Source: Octopus bimaculoides
Lineage: Eukaryota
Length of the DNA: 64,000 bases
Direction of reading: 5' to 3'
Assembly (NCBI RefSeq): GCF_001194135.2
Contig: NC_068990.1
Coordinates: 204,159 to 268,158, forward strand
Shown: positions 1-13,173 of the stretch, piece by piece
Numbering within the stretch: position 1 is the first letter of the stretch
Layout: each line of letters opens with the position of its first letter
Notes under the pieces: generated by a model
Seen by the model: only the letters and a program-made list of their open reading frames with translations
Databases searched by the model: none
Told to the model about the DNA's origin: nothing
Position numbers and translations under genes: made by a program

Positions 1-2510
1 CCCTTTATCTCTCCCTCTGTATCCCTTTATCTCTCCCTCTGTATCACTTTATCTCTCTCTTTGTATCACTTTATCTCTTTCTGTATCCCTTTATCTCTCT
101 CTCTGTATCCCTTTATCNNNNNNNNNNNNNNNNNNNNNNNNNNNNNNNNNNNNNNNNNNNNNNNNNNNNNNNNNNNNNNNNNNNNNNNNNNNNNNNNNNN
201 NNNNNNNNNNNNNNNNNNNNNNNNNNNNNNNNNNNNNNNNNNNNNNNNNNNNNNNNNNNNNNNNNNNNNNNNNNNNNNNNNNNNNNNNNNNNNNNNNNNN
301 NNNNNNNNNNNNNNNNNNNNNNNNNNNNNNNNNNNNNNNNNNNNNNNNNNNNNTTTCTGTATCCCTTTATCTCTCCCTCTGTATCCCTTTATCTCTCCCT
401 CTGTATCCCTTTATCTCTCCCTCTGTATCCCTTTATCTCTCCCTCTCTATCCCTTTATCTCTCTATGTGTCCATTTATCTCTCCCTCTGTATCCCTTTAT
501 CTCTCCCTCTTTATCTCTCCCTCTGTATCCCTTTATCTCTCCCTCTGTATCCCTTTATCTCTCCCTCTGTACCACTTTATCTCTCCCTCTGTATCCCTTT
601 ATCTCTCTCTCTGTATCCCTTTATCTCTCCCTCTATCCCTTTATCTCTCCCTCTATCCCTTTATCTCTCCCTCTGTATCCATTTATCTCTCCCTCTGTAT
701 CCATTTATCTCTCACTCTGTATCCCTTTATCTCTCCCTCTGTATCCCTTTATCTCTCCCTCTGTATCCCTTTATCTCTCTCTGTATCCCTTTATCTCTCC
801 CTCTGTATCCCTTTATCTCTCCCTCTGTATCCCTTTATCTCTCCCTCTGTATCCCTTTATCTCACTCTCTGTATCCTTTTATCTCTCTCTCTCTCTCTCT
901 GCATCCCTTTATTTCTCCCTCTGTATCCCTTTATCTCTCTCTCTGTATCCCTTTATCTCTCCCTCTGTATCCCTTTGTCTCTCTCTCTGTATCCCTTTAT
1001 CTCTCCCTCTGTATCCCTTTATCTCTCTCTCTCTGTATCTCTTTATCTCTCCCTCTGTATCCCTTTATCTCTCTCTCTGTATCCNNNNNNNNNNNNNNNN
1101 NNNNNNNNNNNNNNNNNNNNNNNNNNNNNNNNNNNNNNNNNNNNNNNNNNNNNNNNNNNNNNNNNNNNNNNNNNNNNNNNNNNNNNNNNNNNNNNNNNNN
1201 NNNNNNNNNNNNNNNNNNNNNNNNNNNNNNNNNNNNNNNNNNNNNNNNNNNNNNNNNNNNNNNNNNNNNNNNNNNNNNNNNNNNNNNNNNNNNNNNNNNN
1301 NNNNNNNNNNNNNNNNNNNNNNNNNNNNNNNNNNNNNNNNNNNNNNNNNNNNNNNNNNNNNNNNNNNNNNNNNNNNNNNNNNNNNNNNNNNNNNNNNNNN
1401 NNNNNNNNNNNNNNNNNNNNNNNNNNNNNNNNNNNNNNNNNNNNNNNNNNNNNNNNNNNNNNNNNNNNNNNNNNNNNNNNNNNNNNNNNNNNNNNNNNNN
1501 NNNNNNNNNNNNNNNCTTTATCTCTCCCTCTGTATCCCTTTATCTCTCCCTCTGTATCCCTTTATCTCTCCCTCTGTATCCCTTTATCTCTCCCTCTGTA
1601 TCCCTTTATCTCTCTCTCTGTATCCCTTTATCTCTCTCTCTGTATCCCTTTATCTCTCTCTCTGTATCGCTTTATCTCTCCCTCTGTATACCTTTATCTC
1701 TCTCTCTGTATCGCTTTATCTCTCTCTCTGTATTGCTTTATCTCTCTCTCTGTATCCCTTTATCTCTCCCTCTGTATCCCTTTATCTCTCCCTCTGTATC
1801 CCTTTATCTCTCTCTGTATCCCTTTATCTCTCCCTCTGTATCCCTTTCTCTCTCCCTCTGTATCTCTTTATCTCTCCCTCTGTATCCCTTTATCTCTCCC
1901 TCTGTATCCCTTTATCTCTCCCTCTGTATCCCTTTATCTCTCCCTCTGTATCCCTTTAACTCTCCCTCTGTATCCCTTTATCTCTCTGTATCCCTTTCTC
2001 TCCCTCTGTATCTCTTTATCTCTCCCTCTGTATCCCTTTATCTCTCTCTCTTTATCCCTTTATCTCTCCCTCTGTATCCCTTTATCTCTCCCTCTGTATC
2101 CCTTTATCTCTCTCTCTGTATCCCTTTATCTCTCTCTCCTTATCCTTTTATCTCTCCCTCTGTATCCCTTTATCTCTCCCTCTGTATCCTTTTATCTCTC
2201 CCTCTGTATCCCTTTATCTCTCTCTCTCTGTATCCCTTTATCTCTCTCTCTGTATCCCTTTATCTCTCCTTCTGTATCCCTTTATCTCTCCCTCTGTATC
2301 CCTTTATCTCTCCCTCTGTATCCCTTTGTCTCTCTCTCTTTATCCCTTTATCTCTCCCTCTTTATCCCTTTATCTCTCCCTCTTTATCCTTTTATCTCTC
2401 CCTCTATATTTCTTTATCTCTCCCTCTGTATCCCTTTATCTCTCTCTCTCTCTATCCCTTTATCTCTCCCTCTTTATACCTTTATTTCTCCCTCTATATT
2501 TCTTTATCTC
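1..2510. repeat. 22-bp pyrimidine-rich minisatellite (ccctttatctctccctctgtat)n with assembly gaps
   Basis: Unit is directly visible with minor variants. Confidence 0.97.
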
Positions 2511-3254
2511 CCAATCTTTATTTTTACTTCTTTTTCTGCTACATTTTCATTCTTTCTTCTGTTTTTTTCCCCATATCTTTCACACATTTTTTTGTTGTTA
2601 TTGTTGGTGTTTTTATGATAAATTGGCTGTGAGTCTAGTCCAAGAAATTACTATATAAATGCAATGTTCACCAAGACCCTGTTTTCAATCTCCTCCTCTT
2701 AGTTCACAAGGTATTTCTGGTGTAGTTCAATACTGAATGTCAGTAGTAACTGATGGTCTCTGAAGGATTTAATAGAAAAATTACAATATTGGTTTGAAGC
2801 ATGGAAAAAAAAATCTACTTGATTCAGAAACTCTGGATATGAACATTGCTAAGAGTAAAACTTACTAACTTGATGATGGCAAGAGTTATAAGAGCTGAAG
2901 AGTATCAGAGGAGTAGTCTTATAGATAGAAGAGTATACAGGATCATTTTATGTAATTAGTAAAACAAGTTATGTTGCTGCTGCTCCTCCTCCTCCTCCTT
3001 GTTGTAGGTCAGTGTTGACTGTTCCTGTTCAGTAATCATCTCTGTCAGACTCTCATGTGGGGTACCAGGCCTGCTCTTGATTGGCAACAGTGATGGCATC
3101 TGATGCAACAGAGAAGTGATGCCTCTCAGGTGCTTTTTTTATTTCTCTCTTGCTTTTCCTCAATGGCGAGAGTAACGAGCTTCAATGATCAGTGCCACTC
3201 ATTATGCTGCAGGGCCTTCTCCTCCCGTACCGGAGTTCTTTATATGTCTTTTCA

Positions 3255-3505
3255 CTCAAAGTTCAGAGGCGAATGCAATCTGTTACAAAGGCTTTTGCCT
3301 CTCTCAAGAAGTGTCTCTGGAGTTGCCATGACATCACCTGCAACACGAAGATAAAAGTGCACCGTGCTGCAGTGCTCCTTTGCCTGGTCTGTGCCGCAGA
3401 ATGCTTTACCTTGTGCTGCAGCCATGTCACAGTCCTAGTGTGAGTCCAACTTCATCATCTGCTCTCCATCTTGCATATCAGATTGCAGGATTGCATTCCT
3501 GACAA
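3255..3505 (+). mobile_element. RTE-type LINE reverse-transcriptase C-terminal remnant
   Basis: KVQRRMQSVTKAFASLKKCLWSCHDITCNTKIKVHRAAVL...ILHIRLQDCIPD resembles the post-RT region of RTE LINEs (RI.KA..AF..L...W......TK.KVY.A.V); contains an in-frame stop. Confidence 0.75.
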
Positions 3506-4358
3506 GTTATGCAGTGTGTGTGTGTGTTGAGTTCCCTTTCACTTGTTCACTCACTCATTCATATATACACACACACAAAATATATATTTGGTGGAATTCC
3601 TAACAGGTGCTAGGGAACCAGAATATTAAATGTACCAGATGTACTGATGTCTATGATATAGTATGATGTTATGCACTGTCTGTCTGTTCTAATGAATGCT
3701 TAGGTTACAGGCTAGAGAGGGGAAATCAGTGTTGGTGGAGCAGTCAATGGAGCTCCAAAATATGCTTTCTCTGTGTTTATTTGTTTTTGTTTTCTATGTT
3801 AGCAATGATTGGACAAATACTCATTGAGATATTGGTTTATCCTTCCTGTTAGTAACCCTTTGTGAGTAAGGGTTTTTAAGAAAATTCTGCTAGAAAGTAC
3901 AGAACTAGAGGATTTTAATAGGGAATATCAACATAACTTCAAGGTTTTTTAATCAACACTTCATGCAAGGACACAGACTGTAAGCATTTTAAATGAGCAC
4001 ATGCATGCACACACATACACACACACAGCAAGCTTCCATATGATTTTAACCAACCAGTTCCATTTACAAGGTATTGGTCAACCTGAGACTACAGTTGAAG
4101 ACACTTGTCCAAGGTGTTGTACAATGAGATTGAACTTGAGACTGCATAGTAACAAAGCAAGCTTCATATTCACCCAGCGATACCTGTACCTTTCTCTTCT
4201 CTACAGAAAATACATTGTAGAAAACACATTGTATAAGAACTGTGTTGCTGTGTAGCAATGAAATAGTAAATGTTGGGGAAGTTGAAAGTTTTGCATTGAA
4301 TGTGTTTCATTTTAGTGGATGTACAGTGTTAATTCTGGAAATTTTAATTGTGAGTTAA

Positions 4359-4572
4359 CCCCTTTGTTACCATATTTCTGTTGAGATGATCTGTGTTTAT
4401 TTCAATTACTTTTAAATATAACAAAGAATTTAGTAAAATAACTTAGTTATCATTAAGCTAGTGTTAGGAACATAAATTGTGACGAAGGTTTGGTGGAAGA
4501 TTTTAATTCAGAACTTTCGAAAACAAAACTACAGAGCCAGAGACGGTTTCAGGCGGGTTGGCACCAAAAGGG
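4359..4572. mobile_element. piggyBac-like MITE
   Basis: TTAA on both flanks; termini cccctttgttacca and tggcaccaaaaggg form an imperfect inverted repeat. Confidence 0.7.
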
Positions 4573-5024
4573 TTAAAAAATGTCACTGACTATCAGTTGC
4601 ATTGACTGATGGATTCAAGAGCAACGCTTGCATTGATAAGGATGGTGTAGGGCATTCTAAGTAAATAAGATGTAAAGTAAGAGAAGCAATAAGTATTATT
4701 AGTACAGTGGCTTTTATGCAATAATAAATGTTTGGTGAATTATGTTCATGGCTTATTTGTTTAGAAAACCTTGCCATCTTCTTATCTGTAGAACTAATTT
4801 TTACATGCAATTAAGTTAAGATACTGTAGATAGGAAAGAGAACAGGACCGGATGCTTTCAGCTATCTAGTTTGGTTCTTTGCTGTTCTAAGTTCAAATCC
4901 TATTGTGACAGTCTCTTTCGCTTTTCATCTCTTCCAAATCGTTGAGTTGTTATGTGTTTGGATCAATTTAACTTATTACCTACAAAAATTGTAACTGAAG
5001 GAAAATAATTGTAGTGTGAATAAT

Positions 5025-5265
5025 GTGCATGGCTCAGTGGTTAGTGTTGGACTCAAACTAGTGAGTTTGATTCTTGGACCAGGCTGTGTGTTATGTTCTC
5101 TACATTGCTCCGGTTCACTCAGCTGTGGAAATGAGTTGTGACGTCACTGGTGCCAAGCTATATCAGCCCCTTTGCCTTTCCTACCTGGACTTGTGCCTCT
5201 GAGTGTAACTTCCTTGGTGCAATCCCACGATCGACCATGACTGAAGGGAGTCTTTACTTTTTAAT
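5025..5265 (+). mobile_element. SINE family C (tRNA-like head gcatggctcagtggttag...)
   Basis: Similar copies at about 20495-20720 (-), 31280-31580 (-) and 50780-51000 (+). Confidence 0.7.
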
Positions 5266-7539
5266 CTGACTTAAAAAGTTTCATACTTTTAAGACTTTTT
5301 TTGCCTGGGTTTTGTTCAATTGTGAAGTTAAAGAGAATCTGTTACCAACACTTTTCAGCCCCAGTTTGCGTTACATATTTGTATTTTTGAATTTTCTGTT
5401 GAGATCATGTTTTGAAAGGTTCTGAAAATTTGAGGTCGGTATTTGATAAAATGCACCTAGTATATGCTGTAAAGTGATTGGTGGAAGTATGGGGACATCA
5501 TAGGGGTTTGTCTAATGCTGGTGCCACTCCGTAAAATGGTTGGTATGAGGAAGAGTATAGTGCCATGGAGACCATGTCAAAATGAAAATGGACAAGTGAA
5601 TTTGGATCCTTGTTACGTGTGTGTGTGTGGGGGGGGGGCGGTGGTGAGAGTAGCTTTAGTCAAGAACTAACTTGAACTCTGATGACCTGTTCAATCCATG
5701 CCAGCATGGAAATTGGATGCAAAATGATGATTTGTAGTACTTTCTAAAGAACCATGTGAAAGTTTTATTTCCAATCACACAGATTTATATTGCGTTCTGG
5801 CTATTTAATATAGTTACAGATACAGCTGGTTACTCGGCTAACAACTAAATGTATTCCTTATTATTAACAATTTCACTATATTAAAACAAAGGAAAGTTAA
5901 AAAACAGGCATCACAGCTTTGAATGTTTAAAGTGTACATGTATCAGTGTCTGAACAAATAAAGCTATTTCAACATAGTTCTGGGATCTTATACATATGTA
6001 GGAATGAGACCACCTGTTCCTGATTAGAGATAGAAGCAATCAGAATATATACATATTTTAAATATATACACTAAAGATAAAGTTAACCGCTGCCAAACCC
6101 TAACCCTAACCTTGGATGTCACAGTTCTCTATTCACAATGGAAACAGAATGTATTCATAATTCTGTAGATAGTTGTTTTCTTGCAGGAGTTTGTAAATTG
6201 TTTGTTGTTTTTTGGTATTGTTTTCTGAGCTCTCAGAATGGCACTGGCAGTATCCTTGATAATCCCTTCTATAATCACTCAATCCAGCTGGGAAGTAACT
6301 GATGGCAACTTTTACTGAATTCAAAAACAGAGCAAATAATATATCTTGGTGAGGACACACAAAAATTGGTTGTATCATGGCTTCATAGCTCTTGAAGCTA
6401 AAATTGCTGGTCTTCATTTTCCAATTCTGGGCTTTATGGGTTTTTGTTATTTTTTTTAGTATTTTTTCCTCATCTCTTTCATATTTGTAAATTTGGTCAT
6501 TTGCTTATTGTTGGAGCATTTGTTTTGACTGTTTGATATCATTGTAGACATAAGATAGCTCTAGGTATATTATGGTACCTCTAGGTATCCTATGACTACG
6601 TGATTTGTTTCAGACACTTGAGCATGTTACCATGATAAATAACTGCCTAACTGACTCAGTAAAGTATGAGATATTTTGGCATTGTTACTTTAACACCGAC
6701 TTATCTGACCTTTTCTCCTTTTAATCTTGGTCTCATTCTCTCTCCCATCCCATCTCTCTGCTTATGTGTGTAAGCATATTCTTTCTTTGTGTGTATAAGA
6801 GAGAAAGTGCTTGTGTTGGTCATGTTCAATTAACCCTAACCCGTAATATGCCCATTAAAAATTTGAAGTCTTAGAATCTTCACCACTGTATTTAGATTAA
6901 ATGTTATGGTAAGCTTTAACAATCTGGAAGAGAAGGAGAGTATGCAATTGTTAGCTGTGGGCATCGACTGCCTTCTGAACATTTCGTATGCCCAGTGAGA
7001 TGCTTCCTGGCGTGTTCATGTCCAAACAAGTAGGAGCAGGTTTTGCATTGTGAAAACATAACCAGGGTCTATGTAGGTTAAGAAATTGTAATGTTTCTTT
7101 CATTCTTTGTGTGTATGTGTTTGCCTCTAGTGCCAAAAAATACTTCACCAAAACAGATTCAGTGCCCACTCAGCTGTACCAAACCGTCAGTATCCAAATA
7201 ATCATACCCCATTGTCTCATTGTAGACTCAATGCTGTATAATACAACTGAGTGCAATGTATTTGTTAATGTTCTGTTACTAAAGATATTGAGTAACAATT
7301 TTTTGCAATACCTCCAAACACACAACTTTTACCTCAGCCATTACCATCACAGCAATATATTGAAGGAGGGTAATAGACATGAATGATGTTATTTCACTTA
7401 GTCTTTTTTGGGTGGGAGTTTTAGAATTATCCTAATTTTGCAGAGTTCCCCAGTTCTAGGAATTCGATAGTGCTGACATGAGTAACCGTAGAAGTTGGTG
7501 AGTTCAGTGATTCATTCAGGCCCCTAACTGTTTCAGATG

Positions 7540-7735
7540 CATGGCATGCTGGGCGAAATGTTTAGCGGTATTTTGTATGTCTTTACATTCTGAGTTCAAA
7601 TTCTGCTGAGGTCAACTTTGCCTTTCATCCTTTTGGGGTCGATAAACTAAGTACCAGTTGCATACTGGGGATCAATCTAATTGACTGGCCCCCTCCTCCA
7701 AAATTTCAGGCCTTATGCCTAGTGTAGAAAAGGAT
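7540..7735 (+). mobile_element. SINE-like family B (...ttctgagttcaaattc...gcctttcatcc...ggggtcgataa...)
   Basis: Similar copies at about 54770-54975, 55030-55225, 59828-60020, 60063-60275 (+) and 60870-61045 (-). Confidence 0.75.
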
Positions 7736-8780
7736 GTATGATTGTTGTGATTTTGGCTGGGTCGGAGGCTTTTGAGTTTTTAATTTTCCATATTTGTTTT
7801 GGAGATGTCTGATGGGAGAAAAATAAGGGGGGGATCAACATTGTGGTTCAAGACGAAAGTTGAGCAGATTTTGCATAGGCATGGGTATGTGGTTAAGAAG
7901 ATTGCTTTGCAACCACAAAGTTTGGGGGTTCAGTCCTCCTGTGCTGCACTTCTATTATAGCCCTAGGCTAACCAGTGTCCTGTAAGTGAATTTGATATTT
8001 GGAAACTGTGTTGCATTTACATGTGTGTGTATGTATCTGTTTGTGTTTGCCTCCCTCACTTGTTTACCAGGGTTGGTTTGTTTACATCCACTTTAACTTA
8101 GTGGTTTGGTAAAAGGGACCAGTAGAGAACAAATACCAGGTTAAAAAGAAAAGTACTTCATTTGATTAAAACCCTTCAGTAAAAGATAAAACAGTATTTT
8201 TGTCTTCTTAGTGTGTGTTTTGGAGGTTGTATTTTCAAGAAATATCTGATAAGGGGTACTTCCTTGCTGTTGCAGTGTGAGTATATTATTTTGAGGTCAG
8301 TAATGTAACACAAGAGTATGCTGTGACCCTTGTTGTTGAAGCTACTCTGGAGAGTGATTGACTATTACTTTAACGGTTTGTGTTAGATACAAATGGTTGC
8401 AGCGTAATTTTTTGGCTTTTGTTATTACCTTGTGTCATTGTTAGATGCTGAGTTTTATTTTAATTTTGTAGTTTTAGTGTTTTGTGTTTGAAGTTGTCTC
8501 TAGTTTTTATGACTTTCTTTCTGGGAGTTTTATTTTATCGGCAAAGTTTAAAACATGATCATCAGCAACAAATCTATTTTAGTGTTGGTGGTGGTTAATT
8601 AGCTCTTGATCAGACATGGCATTGAGCCTGTCTTTGTTCAAAGTTGTTTCAACTATGGTCTATCCCATCTCTACAGACTTAGTGTTCTTCCTTCAGGATA
8701 TAATTTGAGGTACGTTTGGCAGATTGTTGTTGTTGTATAGCTTCAGATCGTACTTGATCAAAAGTTACCCAGCCATGCAG

Positions 8781-8819
<39 letters not shown>

Positions 8820-10406
8820 CATACATACATACATATACACGCCCACCGTAAAAACCTATGTAATTTACGCACTTTTTCCACAAAAACAAAAATATACTTT
8901 AGTGGGTGCGTAAATTAGATGGCTAGATCATTCCCAGAATTCTTTTAGAAATTTTTTTGGTTGAAAAATGACGTACAAATGTACATTTGTACCGAAAGTT
9001 GACTCATTTAATGTCAGAATAGGTTTTTACAGAAAAAATATAACGAAGTTGACTTTTATTTATGCTGGACGGTATAATGCTTACTTTTTCTGTATAAATT
9101 TACTAAAACCATTGNNNNNNNNNNNNNNNNNNNNNNNNNNNNNNNNNNNNNNNNNNNNNNNNNNNNNNNNNNNNNNNNNNNNNNNNNNNNNNNNNNNNNN
9201 NNNNNNNNNNNNNNNNNNNNNNNNNNNNNNNNNNNNNNNNNNNNNNNNNNNNNNNNNNNNNNNNNNNNNNNNNNGTCAGAATAGGTTTTTACAGAAAAAA
9301 TATAACGAAGTTGACTTTTATTTATGCTGGACGGTATAATGCTTACTTTTTCTGTATAAATTTACTAAAACCATTGAATGGTTAACTACTTTTTGAAGTT
9401 TGATGTTCATGCTGGTAATCACAATCCGGACCATATTTTACTGCATTTAACACTGACAACTTCATAATTCATCCTTGTGCATGTAAACTCACTAAGTGAA
9501 CGTGACTTAGTGTTCCTTCAGAAACCTTCACTTACCTTATACTATGTTTAATATTGTTTCACATTCATGTTGAATTATGCAGCAATCTTATGTTCTCTTC
9601 ATAGAACACTTGTAATGTATGTATTACCAGTTGTTTTGGTATAGAAGATTTTTGCTATTCTTGTTTATGTCTCCTCACAGACATGTATATTTTAACAAGT
9701 CGCTTCTTAAATTTCGCACCTCTTTTGTTCAATAAACACTGAGTTAAACTTGCAAAGAAGTTTGCCTGACATTTTATAAGTGTGAAATGGATTAAAATTT
9801 CGATACTCCATATCAAAGGTTCCAACAAGAATAGGTGGAAAATCAGAGCTTGAGACAAGGAGACACTTTCGACCAATCAGAATTCTGTTTACATAATTAC
9901 TTTGATTGGTTACCTTTCTCTGTCGGTTGAGTAAAGTGTCATCCAAGCTGATGTTTATTGGTAATTAAACTTGTGCATATTTATCAGCTTTGTTTTTGTT
10001 GATAAGAATTACCAACAACTTTTCCTGTGGCTGTGATTTGAGAAGACATACAGAAGTATGCTAAAGATCGGACCTCATCTCTTGTGGGCAAGAAATGTAA
10101 AATAAAGTTTATTATAAACAACACAAGCACTTTGTAATTTAATAGCTTTCAGTGTGAAACCTGTTAAACAAATTATTTTTATTTAATGAAAATTTAATAA
10201 AATCTAATCATAAGTAAGTGAAATTAAGCTAAATATAACTAAATTGAAAACCTTTTCCCTCTTGCCAAATCAGCAATTCCAAAAACTTTTGGGTGCGAAT
10301 TTTACACGAAGCTTTTTTTTTTTTTTTAAAACAATTTTTATCCTGAAAATCACCTGTGTAAATTACACAGGTGCGCAAATTACGTGGGTTTTTATGGTAT
10401 ATATAT

Positions 10407-10442
<36 letters not shown>

Positions 10443-10449
10443 TATTGAT

Positions 10450-10635
10450 GGAATAATCAGACTATCATTGGTTTCATGTTCAGAGATCTCTCTCTCAGCA
10501 ATTTTTCAAGTCTGTCACACAGGATGTTGGTGTTCATCTCCATTTTGGATAAAAATACCAACATCCCATATGACAGACTTGAATAATTGTTGAGAGCTAT
10601 CTCTCAACATGAAACCAATGGTAGTCTCATTATCC
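10450..10635. repeat. Hairpin / MITE-like inverted repeat
   Basis: Arms of about 80 bp (agactatcattggtttcatgtt... and ...aacatgaaaccaatggtagtct) around a loop of about 25 nt. Confidence 0.85.
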
Positions 10636-13092
10636 CACAAATACAGAATATTTACTCACCAATGAGGTGCTTCATTCATTCTCATCATTTGATCTCAATG
10701 CATGTGTGTGTGTGTGTGCACACAAAGTGCAAGTATGGCTAGATGCAGGCATGGCTGTGGGGTTAAGAACCTTGCTTTCCAGTCTTGTAGTTTTGGGTTC
10801 TGTCTCAATGTATGGCACCTTGGGCAAGTGTCTTCTGCTATAGCCCAGGCCGGCCAAAGCTTTGTGAGTGGATTTGGTAGACAGATACTGAAAGAAGACT
10901 GTCATGTCTACATGCACGCATATGTGTTTCTGTATTCTCTTGCCTAGATATCCTGTGCATCATTATCATTTAAGTGAGGTCAATAGTTTTCATGATGGGG
11001 AATCATGTCTAGCTATGGGAAAATATTGCTTGAAAACAGGTGAAGGTTAGTGACAAAGAGGGCATCTGGTCCTAAAATATTAGCCACAACAAATTCCACT
11101 TGACCCATGCCAGCATGGGAAAGTGGATGTCAAATGATGATGATGATGATGTGTCAAGGACTGTATTATTCAAGGTGTTCTTTTTGAAGATAAGTCATGA
11201 CTTAAGGATGATTTGCTGTTTTTAGTAGAGAAGGAGCTGCTTTGGTTGTCTCCTCCCTCCCTTCCCCTAACCCTAACCCTAACCCTAACCCTTACTCATT
11301 TTGCACTTTCCTCCAGGCATGTACAGCATACTTTTGATAGAATACAAAAATTGAACGTGTAGTCTAATTGGTGATGATCTCTTTTATCATTCCAACTGCT
11401 CTATAATTGATGGAATATTGCAGTTCTGGTCCCTTTTTATACTGTGTTCATAAAACATGTTCATTCCCTGGTCCACCTAGTCTCGAAATCTCATTCCTAA
11501 ACTTGGTTGGCCAGGTGTAGCAAATCACATCTCTTTTCCATGGATAAAGTCACTGCAAGTTGCATGCACAAAACATTCCCCCCAAACAGCTGAATTGGGG
11601 AATAAACTCTCTTGCCATTGTTCCCCCGGCTTCCTTTTTTTCTACAGAGACTGTAACCTTGATCTCTGTAAATTCAAGGTTAACTTGCCTAATACTGATG
11701 GTTTCCTTCACTTCAATATTTTCATTGCTTTTTTTTTTTTATTACCATCTCATTCATTTCATTTTATTAGCTATTTTATTTTCATCTGATTTATTGTATT
11801 CTATTGACACTACTTTTGTTCTTAGTTTTTTTATTTTTATTACTCATCTTATTTTCCACTCTTTTATTTGTTATCTTAAATAATGCAGGTGTGCATGTGT
11901 GTGTTCAAATATTTGTTCATTTGCATTTCCATGCTAGCAGGGGTTACACAAATACATATTACTGAGGTTTTATCTTACAGCCAGATGCCCTTTCTTTTGT
12001 TAACTCTGGTTTTTCTAGTAAGAGAATATTTATTCTATACATTTTCAAAAATGCTAAGCTATCAGATGATTTGTTGACAAAGAATTGTCAAATGGACTTT
12101 TAATTAAGCATGTGTTGCTTACCTTTTAAACATTGACAAATCAATAGTAAATGTTCTGATTTTCCAAGGCTGTCTGAACTATGGGAACAAAAATGGATGA
12201 CTAATACCATATATGTCAGTGTACAAGAAGGAATTTGAAACTTAAAGATATCACCCTATATATCACCTAAAAATATCAAAGTAGGGGTCATCTTAAACAC
12301 TAAGTATAAAATCCAAACCGTAACATGCTGTGGTTTAGAGTGTCACCAATGATGGCAGAGAACACCATAAAACATTTGCGTAGTTCCTATTGTCGCTAAA
12401 GAAGCCATTTGATATATATTATGGTAGGTAGTTGACAGTATTGGAATGAACTGGTTAATTTTTTTTAATAACCAAGACTATTGCTTACTAGTGTGCTTAA
12501 CAGTATCATTCCAGTGTTTAGTGGGATGCTTGGTAAAGGACTATTTGAGACATTAAACTATTAGTGTATGAGGTAGAGTTTCAATATCATCCTTGTCACC
12601 AAGGAGAAACCATTGTAATCTTGGTAATCGTTATATCACAGTAAGTTACAGACCCTTTGGGGGCCATCTCTGTGTAAGCTTTGTGGGTGGTAAAGTTAAT
12701 TTATGATAAGTAGGTTACAAGAGTTTTTCTTTTTTTTGTTCAATGTATTATTAAAACCTTCTGGTAAAAAAACACTTGCCTGATAAGGATGATGTTCCAA
12801 CAATTACAGAGATACTGGAACCTGCTTCACATACCTCTCAGACACTGCATCAAGAGTGAAATATTGCCACGTTGTTTTATTCTGTGAGTATAGCTCAAGG
12901 AAATTCTGCAGTTGTCTCCTACGCCCAATTAGCAATTAGCTTATACACTGGTATATATGGTAAAGGATGAGTAAAGTTCTGTTGAAATCAAATTTATCTA
13001 TTTCCCAATCTCCACCACTTTTCTTTCATCTACTCTAACTTATCACAAATTTAAATATTGTTTGTTAATTAATTTTCTTGTTTTGTTTTTAG

Positions 13093-13173
13093 GAATCAAA
13101 AATTTGGCTGGTGGAATCGTGGACCAATGGATGAAAAAAATAAGGGAAAAGAGTAATCTCGATACTAGTAATG
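13093..13173 (+). CDS. PPP1R10: PNUTS exon: [26 protein letters not shown]
   Basis: ttttgtttttag acceptor, gtaaga donor, 81 nt, phase 1/1. Resembles the end of the PNUTS N-terminal domain (LASVLVSDWMAVIR-like). Confidence 0.88.

Noticed and set aside
61-2658. ORFs of 630-720 aa at the window start
   Set aside because: They are translations of the stop-free 22-bp satellite and run through N gaps.
6951-7386. Possible mariner DDE remnant on the minus strand (…HRPWLCFHNAKP…)
   Set aside because: Similarity is too weak to support by eye.
8250-8600. Possible LINE RT remnant on the minus strand (FVADD-like)
   Set aside because: Only one short motif in a decayed frame; not enough to call.
9013-9376. 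102-bp direct repeat (9013-9114 and 9275-9376)
   Set aside because: Identical copies directly flank an N gap, typical of an unmerged contig overlap.
2660-13092. Search for the N-terminal PNUTS exons (LKQNNTAK-like)
   Set aside because: No matching spliceable segment was found by eye, so the gene is reported as 5'-partial.
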